From positions 146,322,001 to 146,386,000 of the forward strand of contig CM059431.1 in assembly GCA_030390025.1 (NCBI GenBank): a DNA stretch of 64,000 bases. Reading direction: 5' to 3'. This DNA is from Squalus acanthias. Lineage: Eukaryota. The translations under genes and the position numbers were made by a program. Shown here piece after piece: positions 28,428 through 40,260 of this stretch (positions within the stretch are counted from its first letter, which is position 1; the number at the start of each line of letters is the position of its first letter). Under the pieces are notes generated by a model, which searched no databases, was not told the origin of the DNA, and saw only the letters and a program-made list of their open reading frames with translations.

Positions 28428-29560
28428 CGATATATTAATGATCTAGACGAGGGAACTAGATGTCATATGTCTGAGTTTGCAGATGGCGCAAAGCTGGGTG
28501 GGCATTTGGGCTGTGAGGAGGATGCAGAGAAACTCCCGTATGATTTGGAGAGTTTGGGTGATTGGGCAGATGCATGGCAGATGCAGTATAATGTGGATAA
28601 ATGCGACGTTATACACGTTGGTGGCAAACGCAGGAAGACAGATTATTATCTGAATGGCAATAGATTGGGAAAAGTGGAAGTGCAACGAGATCTGCTAGTC
28701 CTTGTGCACCAGTCGCTGAAGGTACGAATGGAGGTGCAGCAGGCGGTTAAGAAGGCAAATTGTATGTTGGCCTTCATAGCGAGAGGATTCGAGTACAGGA
28801 GCAAGGATGTCTTGCTGCAGTTGAACAAGGCCTTGGTGAGACCACACACTGAGTATTGTGTGCAGTTTTGGTCATCTTATCTGAGGAAGGATGTGTTCTT
28901 GCCATGGAGGGAGTGCAGCGAAGATTTACCAGACTAATACCTGGGTTGGCAGGAATGACGAATGAAGAGACACTGGGTCAATAAGGCTTATATTCGCTAG
29001 AGTTTAGACGAATGAGAGGGGATCTCATTGAAACTTATAAATTCTAACATGTCTAGACAGACTAGATGCAGGAAGGATGTTCCCTATTGCGGGGGATTCC
29101 AGAACCAGAGGTCACAGTCTAAGGATAACGGGTAAGCCATTTAGGACTGAGATGAGGAGAAATTTCTTCACCCAGAGAGTGGTGAACCTGTGGAATTCTC
29201 TACCACAGAAGGCAGTTGAGGCCAATTCATTAAATATATTCAAGAAGGAGATAGATATATTTCTTAAGGCTAAACGGATCAAGGGATATGGGGGGAAAGC
29301 AGGGATAGGGTACTGAATTTGGATGATCAGCCATGATCTCATAAAATGGCCATGATGTGGAGATGCCGATGTTGGACTCGGGTGGACAAATGTGAGAAGT
29401 CGCACAACACCAGGTTATAGTCCAACAGTTTTATTTGAAATCACAAGCTTTCGGAGCGCTGCTCCTTCGTCAGGTGAAATCATGAAATGGCAGAGCAGGC
29501 TCGAGGGGCAGAATGGCCTACTGCTGCTCCTATCTTCTATGCTTCTATGCTATGCTTCTA
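28428..29560 (+). mobile_element. 5'-truncated CR1 3' fragment, copy 2 (duplicate of 24262-25386)
   Basis: Same 5' junction (tcggggcgatatattaatgatct), same nested insert and same tail. Confidence 0.9.
29441..29477 (-). ncRNA. Putative minimal type I hammerhead ribozyme within a 129-bp insert (29351-29479)
   Basis: Minus strand TCAC-CTGACGA-A-GGAGC-AGC-GCTCC-GAAA-GC-TT-GTGA: stem I TCAC/GTGA, 5-bp stem II, palindromic AAGCTT in place of stem III, with AATAAA just downstream. Confidence 0.65.
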
Positions 29561-32500
29561 GGATGTGCCCAGTGGGATCAGGCAGTGTGTAACCCGGGGA
29601 GGAATGGCCCATGTGAGATCAGACAGTGTATAACCCGGAGAGGATGGCCCAGTGAGATCAGACAGAGTGTAACCCGGGGAGGTTTGGACCCAGTAAGGTC
29701 AGAGAGTTTGTAACTCGGGGAGGATGCTCCCAGGGAGATCAGGCAATGTAACCCGGGGAGAATGTGTCCAGTGAGATCAGACAGTGCCTAACCCCGGGAG
29801 GGTGGTCTCAATGAAATGAAACAGTATGAAACCCGAGAAGGATGTGCCCAGTGAGATCAGACAGTGTGTAACCCGGGGAGGATGGTCCCCGTCAGATCAG
29901 AAAGTCTCTAATCCGGGAAGGATAAGCCAAGTTAGATCAGGCAGTGTGTAACCCGGGCAGGATGGGCCCAGTGAGATCAGACATTGTGTAACCCGCCGAG
30001 GATGGGCCCATGTGAGACCAGACAGTGTGTAACCCGGGGAAGATGTGCTCAGTGAGATCAGACTGTCTGTAACCCGGGGAGGATGGGCCCCGTGAGCTCA
30101 TACACTGTGTAAGCCGAGGAGGATGAGCCTAAATGAGATATTACAGTGTGTACCGCGGGGAGGATGCGCCCAGTGAAATCAGACAGTATGTAACCCGGGG
30201 ACGATGTGCCCTGTGAGATCAAACTGTGTGTATCATTGGGTGATTGGGCCCACTGAGATCAGACATATTTTAATTCGGCGAGGATGGGACCAGTGAGATC
30301 ACAAAGTGTTTCACTCGGAGAGATTGGGACCAGTGAAATCAAACATTGCGTACCTCGGGGAGGATGGGTCCAGTGAGTTCCGACAGTGTCTAACCCGGGG
30401 AGGATGTGCCCAGTGAGATCAGGCCGTCTGTAACCCGGGGAGAATGGACACAGTGAGATCAGGCTGTGTGTAACCCGTGGAGGATGGGCCCAGTGTGATC
30501 AGACAATGTGGAACCCGGGGAGGATGGGCCCAGTGATATCAGACAGTGTGTAACCCGGGGAGATTGGGCCCAGTGTGATCAGACAGTGTGTAACCCTGGG
30601 AGGATGTGCCCAGTGAGATCATTAGTCTGTAACCCAGGGAGGGTGGGCCCAGAGAGATCAGACAGGAGTAAACAGGTGCAGATGTGCCCAGTGAGATAAG
30701 ACAGTATGTAAGTCGGGGAGGATGGGCCCAGAGAAATCAGACAGTATGTAACCCGGAAGGGATTGGTCAAGTGAGATCAGACAATGTGTAACTCGGGGAA
30801 GATGTGCTCAGTGAGATCCGACAGTGTGTACCCCGGGGAGGATGAACAGTGTGAAATCAGACAGTGTGTAACAGTGGGAGGTTGGGCCCAGTGAGATCAG
30901 ATAAATGTTAACCCGGGGAGGATGGGCCCAGTGAGATCAGACAGTGTGTAACCCGGGGAGGTTGGTTCCAGTGAGATCAGACAGTGTGTAACCCGGGGAG
31001 GATGGGCCCAGTGAGATCAGACAGTGTGTAACCCGGGGAGGATGGGCCCAGTGAGATCAGACAGTGTGTAACCCGGGGAGGATGGGCCCACTGATATCAT
31101 CAGTCTGTAACCCAGGGCTGATGAGCCCAGTGAGATCAGACAGTGTGTAACCCGGGCAGGATGGTCCCAGTGAGATCAGACAGTGTGTAACCCGGGGAGG
31201 ATGGGCCCAGTGAGATCAGACAGTGTGTAACCCGGGCAGGATGGGCCCAGTGAGATCAGACAGTGTGTAACCCGGGGAGGATGGGCCCAGTGAGATCAGA
31301 CAGTGTGTAACCCGGGCAGGATGGGCCCAGTGAGATCAGACAGTGTGTAACCCGGGGAGGATGGGCCCAGTGAGATCAGACAGTGTGTAACCCGGGGAGG
31401 ATGGGCCCAGTGAGATCAGACAGTGTGTAACCCGGGCAGGATGGGCCCAGTGAGATCAGACAGTGTGTAACCCGGGCAGGATGGGCCCAGTGAGATCAGA
31501 CAGTGTGTAACCCGGGCAGGATGGGCCCAGTGAGATCAGACAGTGTGTAACCCGGGGAGGATGGGCCCACTGATATCATCAGTCTGTAACCCAGGGCTGA
31601 TGAGCCCAGTGAGATCAGACAGTGTGTAACCCGGGCAGGATGGGCCCAGTGAGATCAGACAGTGTGTAACCCGGGGAGGATGGGCCCACTGATATCATCA
31701 GTCTGTAACCCAGGGCTGATGAGCCCAGTGAGATCAGACAGTGTGTAACCCGGGCAGGATTGTCCCAGTGAGATCAGACAGTGTGTAACCCGGGCAGGAT
31801 GGGCCCAGTGAGATCAGACAGTGTGTAACCCGGGGAGGATGGGCCCAGTGATATCATCAGTCTGTAACCCAGGGATGATGAGCCCAGTGAGATCAGACAG
31901 TGTGTAACCCGGGCAGGATTGTCCCAGTGAGATCAGACAGTGTGTAACCCGGGCAGGATGGGCCCAGTGAGATCAGACAGTGTGTAACCCGGGGAGGATG
32001 GGCCCACTGATATCATCAGTCTGTAACCCAGGGATGATGAGCCCAGTGAGATCAGACAGTGTGTAACCCGGGCAGGATGGTCCCAGTGAGATCAGACAGT
32101 GTGTAACCCGGGCAGGATGGGCCCAGTGAGATCAGACAGTGTGTAACCCGGGGAGGATGGGCCCACTGATATCATCAGTATATAACCCAGGGATGATGAG
32201 CCCAGTGAGATCAGACAGTGTGTAACCCGGGGAGGATGGGCCCAGTGAGATCAGACAGTGTGTAACCCGGGGAGGATGGGCCCACTGATATCATCAGTCT
32301 GTAACCCAGGGATGATGAGCCCAGTGAGATCAGACAGTGTGTAACCCGGGCAGGATGGGCCCAGTGAGATCAGACAGTGTGTAACCCGGGGAGGATGGGC
32401 CCAGTGATATCATCAGTCTGTAACCCAGGGATGATGAGCCCAGTGAGATCAGACAGTGTGTAACCCGGGCAGGATGGGCCCAGTGAGATCAGACAGTGTG

Positions 32501-33840
32501 TAACCCGGGGAGGATGGGCCCACTGATATCATCAGTCTGTAACCCAGGGATGATGAGCCCAGTGAGATCAGACAGTGTGTAACCCGGGCAGGATGGGCCC
32601 AGTGAGATCAGACAGTGTGTAACCCGGGGAGGATGGGCCCAGTGAGATCAGATAGTATGTAACCCGGGGAGGATTGGCCCAGTGAGATCAGACAGTGTGT
32701 AACCCGGGCAGGATGGGCCCAGTGAGATCAGACAGTGTGTAACCCGGGGAGGATGGGCCCACTGATATCATCAGTCTGTAACCCAGGGATGATGAGCCCA
32801 GTGAGATCAGACAGTGTGTAACCCGGGCAGGATGGTCCCAGTGAGATCAGACAGTGTGTAACCCGGGGAGGATGGGCCCAGTGATATCATCAGTCTGTAA
32901 CCCAGGGATGATGAGCCCAGTGAGATCAGACAGTGTGTAACCCGGGCAGGATGGTCCCAGTGAGATCAGACAGTGTGTAACCCGGGCAGGATGGGCCCAG
33001 TGAGATCAGACAGTGTGTAACCCGGGGAGGATGGGCCCAGTGATATCATCAGTCTGTAACCCAGGGATGATGAGCCCAGTGAGATCAGACAGTGTGTAAC
33101 CCGGGCAGGATGGGCCCAGTGAGATCAGACAGTGTGTAACCCGGGGAGGATGGGCCCACTGATATCATCAGTCTGTAACCCAGGGATGATGAGCCCAGTG
33201 AGATCAGACAGTGTGTAACCCGGGCAGGATGGGCCCAGTGAGATCAGACAGTGTGTAACCCGGGGAGGTTGGTTCCAGTGAGATGAGACAGTGTGTAACC
33301 CGGGCAGGATGGGCCCAGTGAGATCAAACAGTGTGTAACCCGGGGAGGATGGGCCCAGTGAGATCAGACAGTGTGTGATCCAGGGAGGATGGGCCCAGTG
33401 AGATCAGCCAGTTTGTAACCGGGGAGGATGGGCGCAGTGAGATCAGTTATTGTGTAACCCGGGGAGGATGGGCCCAGTGAGATCAGTTATTGTGTAACCC
33501 GGGGAGGATGGGCCCAGTGAGATCAGTTATTGTGTAACCCGGGGAGGATGGGCCCAGTGAGTTCAGTCAGTGTCTAACCCGGGGAGGATTGGCCCTGTTA
33601 GATCAGACAGTGTGTAAACCGTGAAGGATGGGCCCAGTGAGATGAGACAGTGTGTGATCCGTGTCAGTTGAGCCCAGTGTGACCTGATAGTGTGTAACCC
33701 GGGGTGGATTGTTCAAGTGAGATAAGACAGTGTTTGATCCGGGTAGGATGAGCCCAGTGAGATCTGATGGTATGTAACCCGGGGAAGATGGGTCCAGTGA
33801 GATAAGACTGTATTTAACCCGGGAGGATGGGTCCAGTGAA

Positions 33841-34226
33841 TTCAAACAGCGCCGTTTTGTCTAATGCGCAGAGTGAAAATGTTACATTTCTGCCTCGAAT
33901 TCTGGGTATTTGGAGGCAGCCCGGACGGGCATGCTGGGTACCTGAGCAACAGGAAGAATCAAACAGAAATAGTCGGCCCTGAAGCTGAAGATGCGGAGGA
34001 TCCGGCAGCGATCCTACTGTTTTCTCGGCAAAGAGGGAAATAGTTTCAGAGACCGTCCTGGATCTGCTGTTGCAAACTGCAGAGAAACGCAGAGTGTCGT
34101 AAACCGCAGTATTCAACAGGGCAGAAACTGGGCGTTGTTTAAATTAAGCAGGAATTTTATCTCAGAGCGGCTGGGGCAGGGAATAACTGGCAGTTAATAC
34201 AGGAATTCTCTGAGGATATCTGAGTG
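33841..34226 (+). promoter_or_regulatory. Candidate promoter and non-coding first exon of the NLR-like gene
   Basis: Unique, relatively CpG-rich sequence right after the satellite, ending in a strong donor GTG|GTAAGT (intron starts 34227). The TSS cannot be determined. Confidence 0.4.
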
Positions 34227-34499
34227 GTAAGTTCAAGCAATATGATTTCGTTTGTTGTAATTTGCGATGCTGTTGTGGAGGAGAACGAGCAAAGCACAGA
34301 TCTTTCACTGCGGTGAATGGAAGAAACAGCAGCGAACAAATTAATACCAGGGCTGTGGTTGGTCTGTGGGGATTTACTTCACAGTCAATATTTGATTATT
34401 TTCAGGCCTGCCACAATTAGATAATTACAGGAAACGTGCACATTACGTTCTAGTTCACACCGTCAATAATGTTCTCATTTTCTGTCCTGTCATAATTAG

Positions 34500-34663
34500 A
34501 TCTCCTGGTAAATGATGGAGTGATTGAGGAAGCTGCACAGCTGGATGTAAACAGGGATTGTAGACTGAGAAATAACAGCAGGTGAACAGCACAGGATTGT
34601 GAGAGCACCAATCAGAGAAATCTTCCGATTCAAAGAGCTTCCAGAGATCGACTGGGGAGAAAG
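34500..34663 (+). other. Candidate 5'UTR exon
   Basis: Pyrimidine-rich tract plus AG at 34498-34499; donor AAG|GTAACA at 34664; contains only a 3-codon uORF (ATG ATG GAG TGA) and no long ORF. Confidence 0.4.
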
Positions 34664-35290
34664 GTAACAGATAGTCCTATTGACTCAGATACACACTGGT
34701 CCTGGAGATGGACCGGGTAGAAAGGTCAGAGAAAGTCCCATTGACTCAGATCCACACTGGTCCTGGAGATGGACCGGGGAGAAAGGTCAGAGAGAGTTCC
34801 ATTGACTCAGATACACACTGGTCCTGGAGATGGATCGGGAAGAATAGTCAGAGAGATTCCCATTGACTCAGATACACACTAGTCCTGGAGATGGACCGGG
34901 AAGAATGGTCAGAGAGATTTCCATTGACTTATATACACAGTGGTCCTGGAGATGGACCGGGGAGAAAGGTCAGAGATTTCCATTGACTCAGATACACACT
35001 GGTCCTGGAGATAGACCGGAGAGAAAGGTCAGAGAGAGTCCCATTTACTCAGATACACACTGGTCCTGTAGATGGACCGGGGATAAAGTTCAGATAGAGC
35101 GTCCTGTTGACTCAGATACACACTGGTCCGGGAGATGGACCGGGGAGAAAGTTCAGAGAGTCCCATTGACTCAGATACACACTGGTCCTGGAGATGGACC
35201 GGGGAAAAAGATCAGAGAGAGAACCATTGACTCAGATACACACTGGTTCTAGAGATGGATCGGGGACAAAGGTCAGTGAGAGTCCAATTG
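34640..35290 (+). repeat. ~61-bp minisatellite (~10 units) carrying TGACTCA AP-1 sites
   Basis: Unit gagatggaccggggagaaaggtcagagagagtcccattgactcagatacacactggtcctg. Confidence 0.92.
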
Positions 35291-35869
35291 TCACATATAT
35301 ACCCTATTCATTTAGACGTTATACAACGTTTACAAGGTAAGGTATTATATGATGAGAATGAGACTGGGAGAGTCTGACCACTGAGCACAATTATCCAGCA
35401 TGTGTCCCTGCAATGGGATGTGAAGTGAGCTCAGTTTCCGTCTCTAAACACAGAGTCACAAGTGAATCTTCTGTGTGTTTTCTAGTAAAGGAATTTGATC
35501 TAATCGTGACTCCGGTCTGAGGCAGAGCACAGCAGACGGACACGTGCCTGTTTATTAGGTGGGACTGAACTCACAACGACACCCTTAGATCTCTATTATA
35601 AATTAGCTTAGATCTGGTGACAATTCAAATGGAAAGATTGAACCGGAAACACCATAGTCAATTCACTGATCACGATGCACAGACCAATCTCAAAATCAGC
35701 ACGGTCTATCACCTACAGAGTAAATTATTCATTCACAAACAATTATAATTACATGGAAATACATCGCTATTTACAAACATCTAGAATTTGTGATTTAATG
35801 ATCACTAAAGATATGCAGAATTCTAATAACGATAAACCCAGACATGGAGTATTGCAATTTATAGGTTGG

Positions 35870-36380
35870 AGTCCTATTTGACGCTGAGATGAGCATCCGA
35901 CCCCATATTCCCTCAATCACCAAGTGCGCCTACTTCCAACGTCATAACAACGCCGATCTCTGCCCCTGTCTCAGCTCATCTGTTGCTGAAACTCTCATCC
36001 ATGCCTTTGTTAGTTCTGAACTCGACTATTTCAATGCTCTTGTGGCCGGCTTCCCAACAGACACTCTCCGTAAGCTTGAACTCATTCAAAACTCGGCTGC
36101 CCATATCCTAACTGGCACCAGTTCCTGTTTACCCATCACCCCTGTGCTCGCTGAACTACATTGGCTCCCGGTCCAGCAAAAACTGATTTCAAAATTCTCC
36201 TCCGTGATTTCAAATCTCTTCATGGCCTCGTCCCTTCCAGCTTGGCCTCGCCCCTCCCTATCTCTGTAACCTCCTCCAGCCCTACAACCCTCCCAGATTT
36301 CTGCGCTCCCCCAATTCTAACCTCTTCTGCGGCCCTTATTTTCACCACTCCACCATTGCCGGTCCTGTCTTCTGCAGCCT
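35870..36380 (+). mobile_element. L2-clade LINE 3' fragment
   Basis: AETLIHAFVSSELDYFNAL...LELIQNSAAHIL...ITPVLAELHWLPV is typical of the L2 ORF2 C-terminus. Confidence 0.85.
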
Positions 36381-36429
36381 AGACTGGAGGGGCCATATGA
36401 CCTACTCCTGCTCCTACTTCTTATGTTCC

Positions 36430-38520
36430 TACTTTCCATTACCTTTCGGAGGCTGAAGGCCAACTCTCTGACACCTTCTCCTACCTCCCACTGGACCATG
36501 ACCACACTGCCGAAAACCAAGCGATCGTTTCCAAGACTGTAACTGACCTCATCTCCTCTGGAGATCTTGCCTCCACGGTCGCCAAACTCATCGTTCCCCA
36601 ACCCCGCACAGCCCGCTTCTACCTACTTCCCAAGATAAAGATACAAGACTGCACTGGTAGAACCGTCGTTTCACCCTGTTCTTGGCCCAAGGAACTGATT
36701 TCTTCCTATTACAACTCTATTTTTTCCCCTTTTCTAGTCTCTTCCCACCTACATCCACGACTCTAAGCGTTTCAAGTTTCCAGGCCCCAACCATCTTTTT
36801 TTCACCATGGATGTCCAATCCCTCCAGAGCTCCATCCCCCGAACAGGACGGGCTGATGACGCTCCACTTCTTCCTTGAACAGAGGTCCAACCAATCCCAT
36901 CCACCACCATCCTCCTCCGCCTGGCTGAACTTGTTCTCACGTTGAACAACTTCTCCTTTGACTCCACTCACTTCCTCCAAATTAAAGGTGTTGCTATGGG
37001 AACCCGCATGGGTCCTAGCTATGCCTGTTTTTTCGTCGGATATGTGGAACATTCTTTCTTCCAGTTCTGCTCGTGTCCCCTCCCACACCTCTTTGTCCAG
37101 TCCAATGATGATTGCATCTGTGCCGTTTCCTGCTGTCACTCTGGACTGGAAAATTACATTCACTTTGCTTCCAATTTCCATCCTTCCCTCATCTTCACAT
37201 AGTCCATCTCCGACTTCTTCCTTCCCTTCCTCGACTTCTCTGCCTCCTTTTCTGGGGATAGGCTATCGACAAACATTCAATAAAATCCCACTGACTCCCA
37301 CAGCTAGTTGGACTACACTTGCTCCCACCCCGCTTCCTGTAAAGACTCTGTTCAATTCTCCTAGTTTCTTCATCTCTGTAGCATTTCTTCTGATCATGCC
37401 CCCTTCCATACAAGTGCTTCCTGTATGTTTTCCTTTTTCCTAAACCGAGGATTCCTCTCCAATGAGTTTGACATGGCCCTCGACCGTGTCAATTCAATTT
37501 CGCACAATTCTGCTCTCAACCCTTCCCCTCCTTCGTAGAATCACGATAGGGTTCCCCTTGGCCTCACCTTTCACCCCACCAACCTCGACATTCAACGGAT
37601 CATCCACCGCCATTTCCGCCACCTCCAGTGTAATCACACCACTAAACATATTTCCCCTCCTCTTTCAGCATTCCGAAGGTACCGCTCCCTGTGTGACAGC
37701 CTGGTCCACTCCTTCATCACCCCCAATCTCCCCTCCACTTGCCATGGCACCTAATCGTGCAAGGGCAGGAGGTGCAACACCTGCCCTTTTAACTCCTCCC
37801 TTCCACTGTACTGGGTCCCAAACACTCCTTCCATGTGAAACAGCGATTTACTTGTTGTACTTGCAATTTATATACTGTATTCGCTGCTCACGATGCGCTC
37901 TCCTCTACATTGAGGCCACTAAACTCAGATTGGCTGATTGTTTTGCGGAACACCTCTGTTCAGTCTGCAAGCGCAACCTCAATCTTTCGGTCGCCTGTCA
38001 CTTTAATTCTCCGCTCCACTCCCAATCTGACCTCCCTGTCCTGGGACTCTTACACTGTTCCAATGAAGCTCAACGTAAGCTCGAGGAGCAGCACCTCATC
38101 TTTCGATTCGGGACTTTACAGTCTTCCGGATTCAATATCGAGTTCAACAATTTCAGACCATAATCTTTGTACCTATTTTTTCAGATGGCAGCTTTTGACG
38201 ATTCTGCCATTTCCATTTGCAGCTCTTCGAGACTCATATTTTGCTTCTTTACTTGTCCCATTAACATCTCCTTTTCCTTTGTACAATCATCCCTTTTGTC
38301 ATTTAATCACTCCTGCCTTCCACCCTATCACAGCCCTTCTGTTTCGTTCTTTCCTCCCCTCCCCCTTTGCCTGCCCCGGACTTACTTAAAATCTGTTACC
38401 TCTTTAATTGTTTCCAGTTCTGAGGAAAGCTCATGGATTTGAAACGTTAACAGTGTTTCTCTCTCCACAGATGCTGCCTGACCTGCTGAGTATTTCCAGC
38501 ATCCGCAGTGTTGTGCTTTT
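36430..38520 (+). mobile_element. Decayed Penelope-like retroelement (RT + GIY-YIG endonuclease + 3' pseudo-LTR)
   Basis: TMDVQSL, NNFSFDSTHFLQIKGVAMGTRMGPSYAC, NDDC (decayed YIDD), IYCIRCSRCALLYIEAT...RLADCFAEHL, RKLEEQHLIFRFGTLQSSGFN. Confidence 0.9.
38417..38451 (+). ncRNA. Degenerate hammerhead motif in the Penelope pseudo-LTR
   Basis: GTT-CTGAGGA-A-AGCTC-ATG-GATTT-GAAA-CG-TT-AAC; core present, stem II mismatched. Confidence 0.5.
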
Positions 38521-38894
38521 GTACTAGTCTACGCTACATTGAATTAATAAGTTTTGAAATTTTGGAGATTGTAATTCATTGGGAATAATTACAAGTCGTG
38601 GAATCTGGGCAGTAGTTTAATATTATGGATATGCAATTGTCCGCCCAGAATAAAACACGCCTGAAACCCCCTTCCGTTGATGTCATGGGAAGGAAAATCA
38701 TCCGTTGTGTAAAATGAGCGGCTAATTCGATATCGCTCATATTACACTATTGCCCAGTGACAAAAATAAACTCAGAATATCTTAAGTGCAGCACTCCAAA
38801 TGATTTACTGCCGAAATAACCGTGTGCTGTTAATAATTTATAGAATAAAGCACGATTGAAGTTAAAAAATATGTCAGCACTGATCCACAAGCAG

Positions 38895-39590
38895 ATGCCG
38901 CACTCACCCGAAACCACCCTCGCGTCCCGCACTCACCCTGGCTCAGGCGCACATCCCGCACACACCATAACCCACCCACAGGTCCCGCACTCACCCTGAC
39001 CCACTCACACTTTCCGCACACACCATAACCCACCCGCACGTCCCGCACTCACCCTGACCCACTAGCACGTCCCGCACTCACCCTGACCCACCTGCACATC
39101 CCGCACACTCCCTGACCCACCCGCACTTCCAGCACACACCCTACCCCACCCGCACGTTCCGCACTTACCCTGACCCACCCGCACTTTCACCACTCACCCT
39201 GACCCACCCGCAAGTCCCGCACTCACCCTGACCCACCCACAAGTCCCGCACTCACCCTGACCCACACGCACGTCCCGCACTCACCCTGACCCACCCGCAC
39301 GTTCCACACTCACCCTGACCCACCCGCACGTTCCGCACTCACCCCCTGACCCACCCGCACGTTCCGCACTCACCCTGACCCACCCGCACGTTCCACACTC
39401 ACCCTGACCCACCCGCACGTCCCGCACTCACCCTGACCCACCCGCACGTTCCACACTCACCCTGACCCACCCGCATGTCCCGCACTCACCCTCACCCACC
39501 CGCACGTTCCGCACTCACCCTGACCCTCTCGCACTCTGCCTGACGCATCCGCACTGTCCCTGGTCCACTCGCACGTCCTGCACTCATCAC
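38895..39590. repeat. 29-bp C-rich minisatellite (cccgcactcaccctgacccacccgcacgt)n
   Basis: Tandem periodicity is directly visible; G-rich on the minus strand. Confidence 0.92.
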
Positions 39591-39772
39591 CTGATGAACA
39601 ATCAGCGGAAATATTTTACAGGATGTTAGAATTTACAAATCGATGGCCTCCTCTCTCGATTTCATGTCAGCGGTGCAATGGAATTATTTTGAATCCACAT
39701 GTTTCTGTTCTGTTCTAATATACCCTGCTATAACCTGAAATTATTTTTTTTGCAGGTAACAAGTTGCCTGAG

Positions 39773-39938
39773 ATGGGACACTCATCAAGTAAACGAAGCG
39801 TAGCTAGAAAACAACGCCAGATTCAAGGCCCTGCTCCTGGGGCAGGTGATCAGGCCCCAGGAAACGGTACAAATGAAGCGACTCCTTCCCCCGGAGGTTT
39901 ATTAAATATGAATACGACAAGCTTTGACCAAAAAACAG
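39773..39938 (+). CDS. NLR-like gene, predicted first coding exon (exon 39756-39938): MGHSSSKRSVARKQRQIQGPAPGAGDQAPGNGTNEATPSPGGLLNMNTTSFDQKT
   Basis: Acceptor tttttttttgcag at 39755, Kozak GAGATGG, 55 open codons, donor CAG|GTTAGT in phase 1 matching the next exon. Confidence 0.65.
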
Positions 39939-40059
39939 GTTAGTAGAATGAAACTCACTTCAAGTAAACCATCCCTGAACATTTGAACCACTAGAACAAA
40001 ACTCTGTCCATTCACTTACTGACCTGCAAAAAAATATATAATATAGTTATAAATATGAT

Positions 40060-40260
40060 CCCTCAAGTTCCGCCCAATTTTCGGACACTGAATTCGAGGT
40101 TTTGCAGGAGGAGGTCTCCAGGTATACGGACTTCTGCTATCCATCACGTGGCAGGAAGATATCCAGGCAAGCAGTGAGTGGGGAGAGGTAGCAGAAATAT
40201 AGCCCCATAACAGCTGCATTGCAGGAGGAAGTTCAACCACCTCACACGGAAACCAAGATA
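40060..40260 (+). mobile_element. Decayed Harbinger-type Myb/SANT DNA-binding gene fragment
   Basis: AQFSDTEFEVLQEEVSRYTDFCYPSRGRKISRQ, then after frameshifts GEVAE and CRRKFNHL; similar to the fragment at 61995-62136. Confidence 0.6.

Larger units (their letters stand above)
4420..33840 (+). repeat. 40-bp satellite array (consensus CCCAGTGAGATCAGACAGTGTGTAACCCGGGGAGGATGGG), roughly 600 monomers, interrupted by three LINE insertions
   Basis: Tandem periodicity is directly visible; identical line phasing recurs every 120 bp in the homogeneous parts. Confidence 0.97.

Noticed and set aside
4420..33840. CRISPR-like array or coding repeat (many 'SLGPSSPGYTLSDLTGPILPGLHTV' ORFs)
   Set aside because: There are no unique spacers, the context is eukaryotic and no cas genes are present. 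The 40-bp unit is not a multiple of 3 and the frames are broken by stops.
4420..33840. V(D)J recombination signal sequences (CCCAGTG/ACAGTG resemble the CACAGTG heptamer)
   Set aside because: The essential CAC is mostly absent and there is no ACAAAAACC nonamer at 12 or 23 bp spacing.
39588..39615. Third hammerhead motif (cacctgatgaacaatcagcggaaa)
   Set aside because: No pairable stem II or stem I partner.
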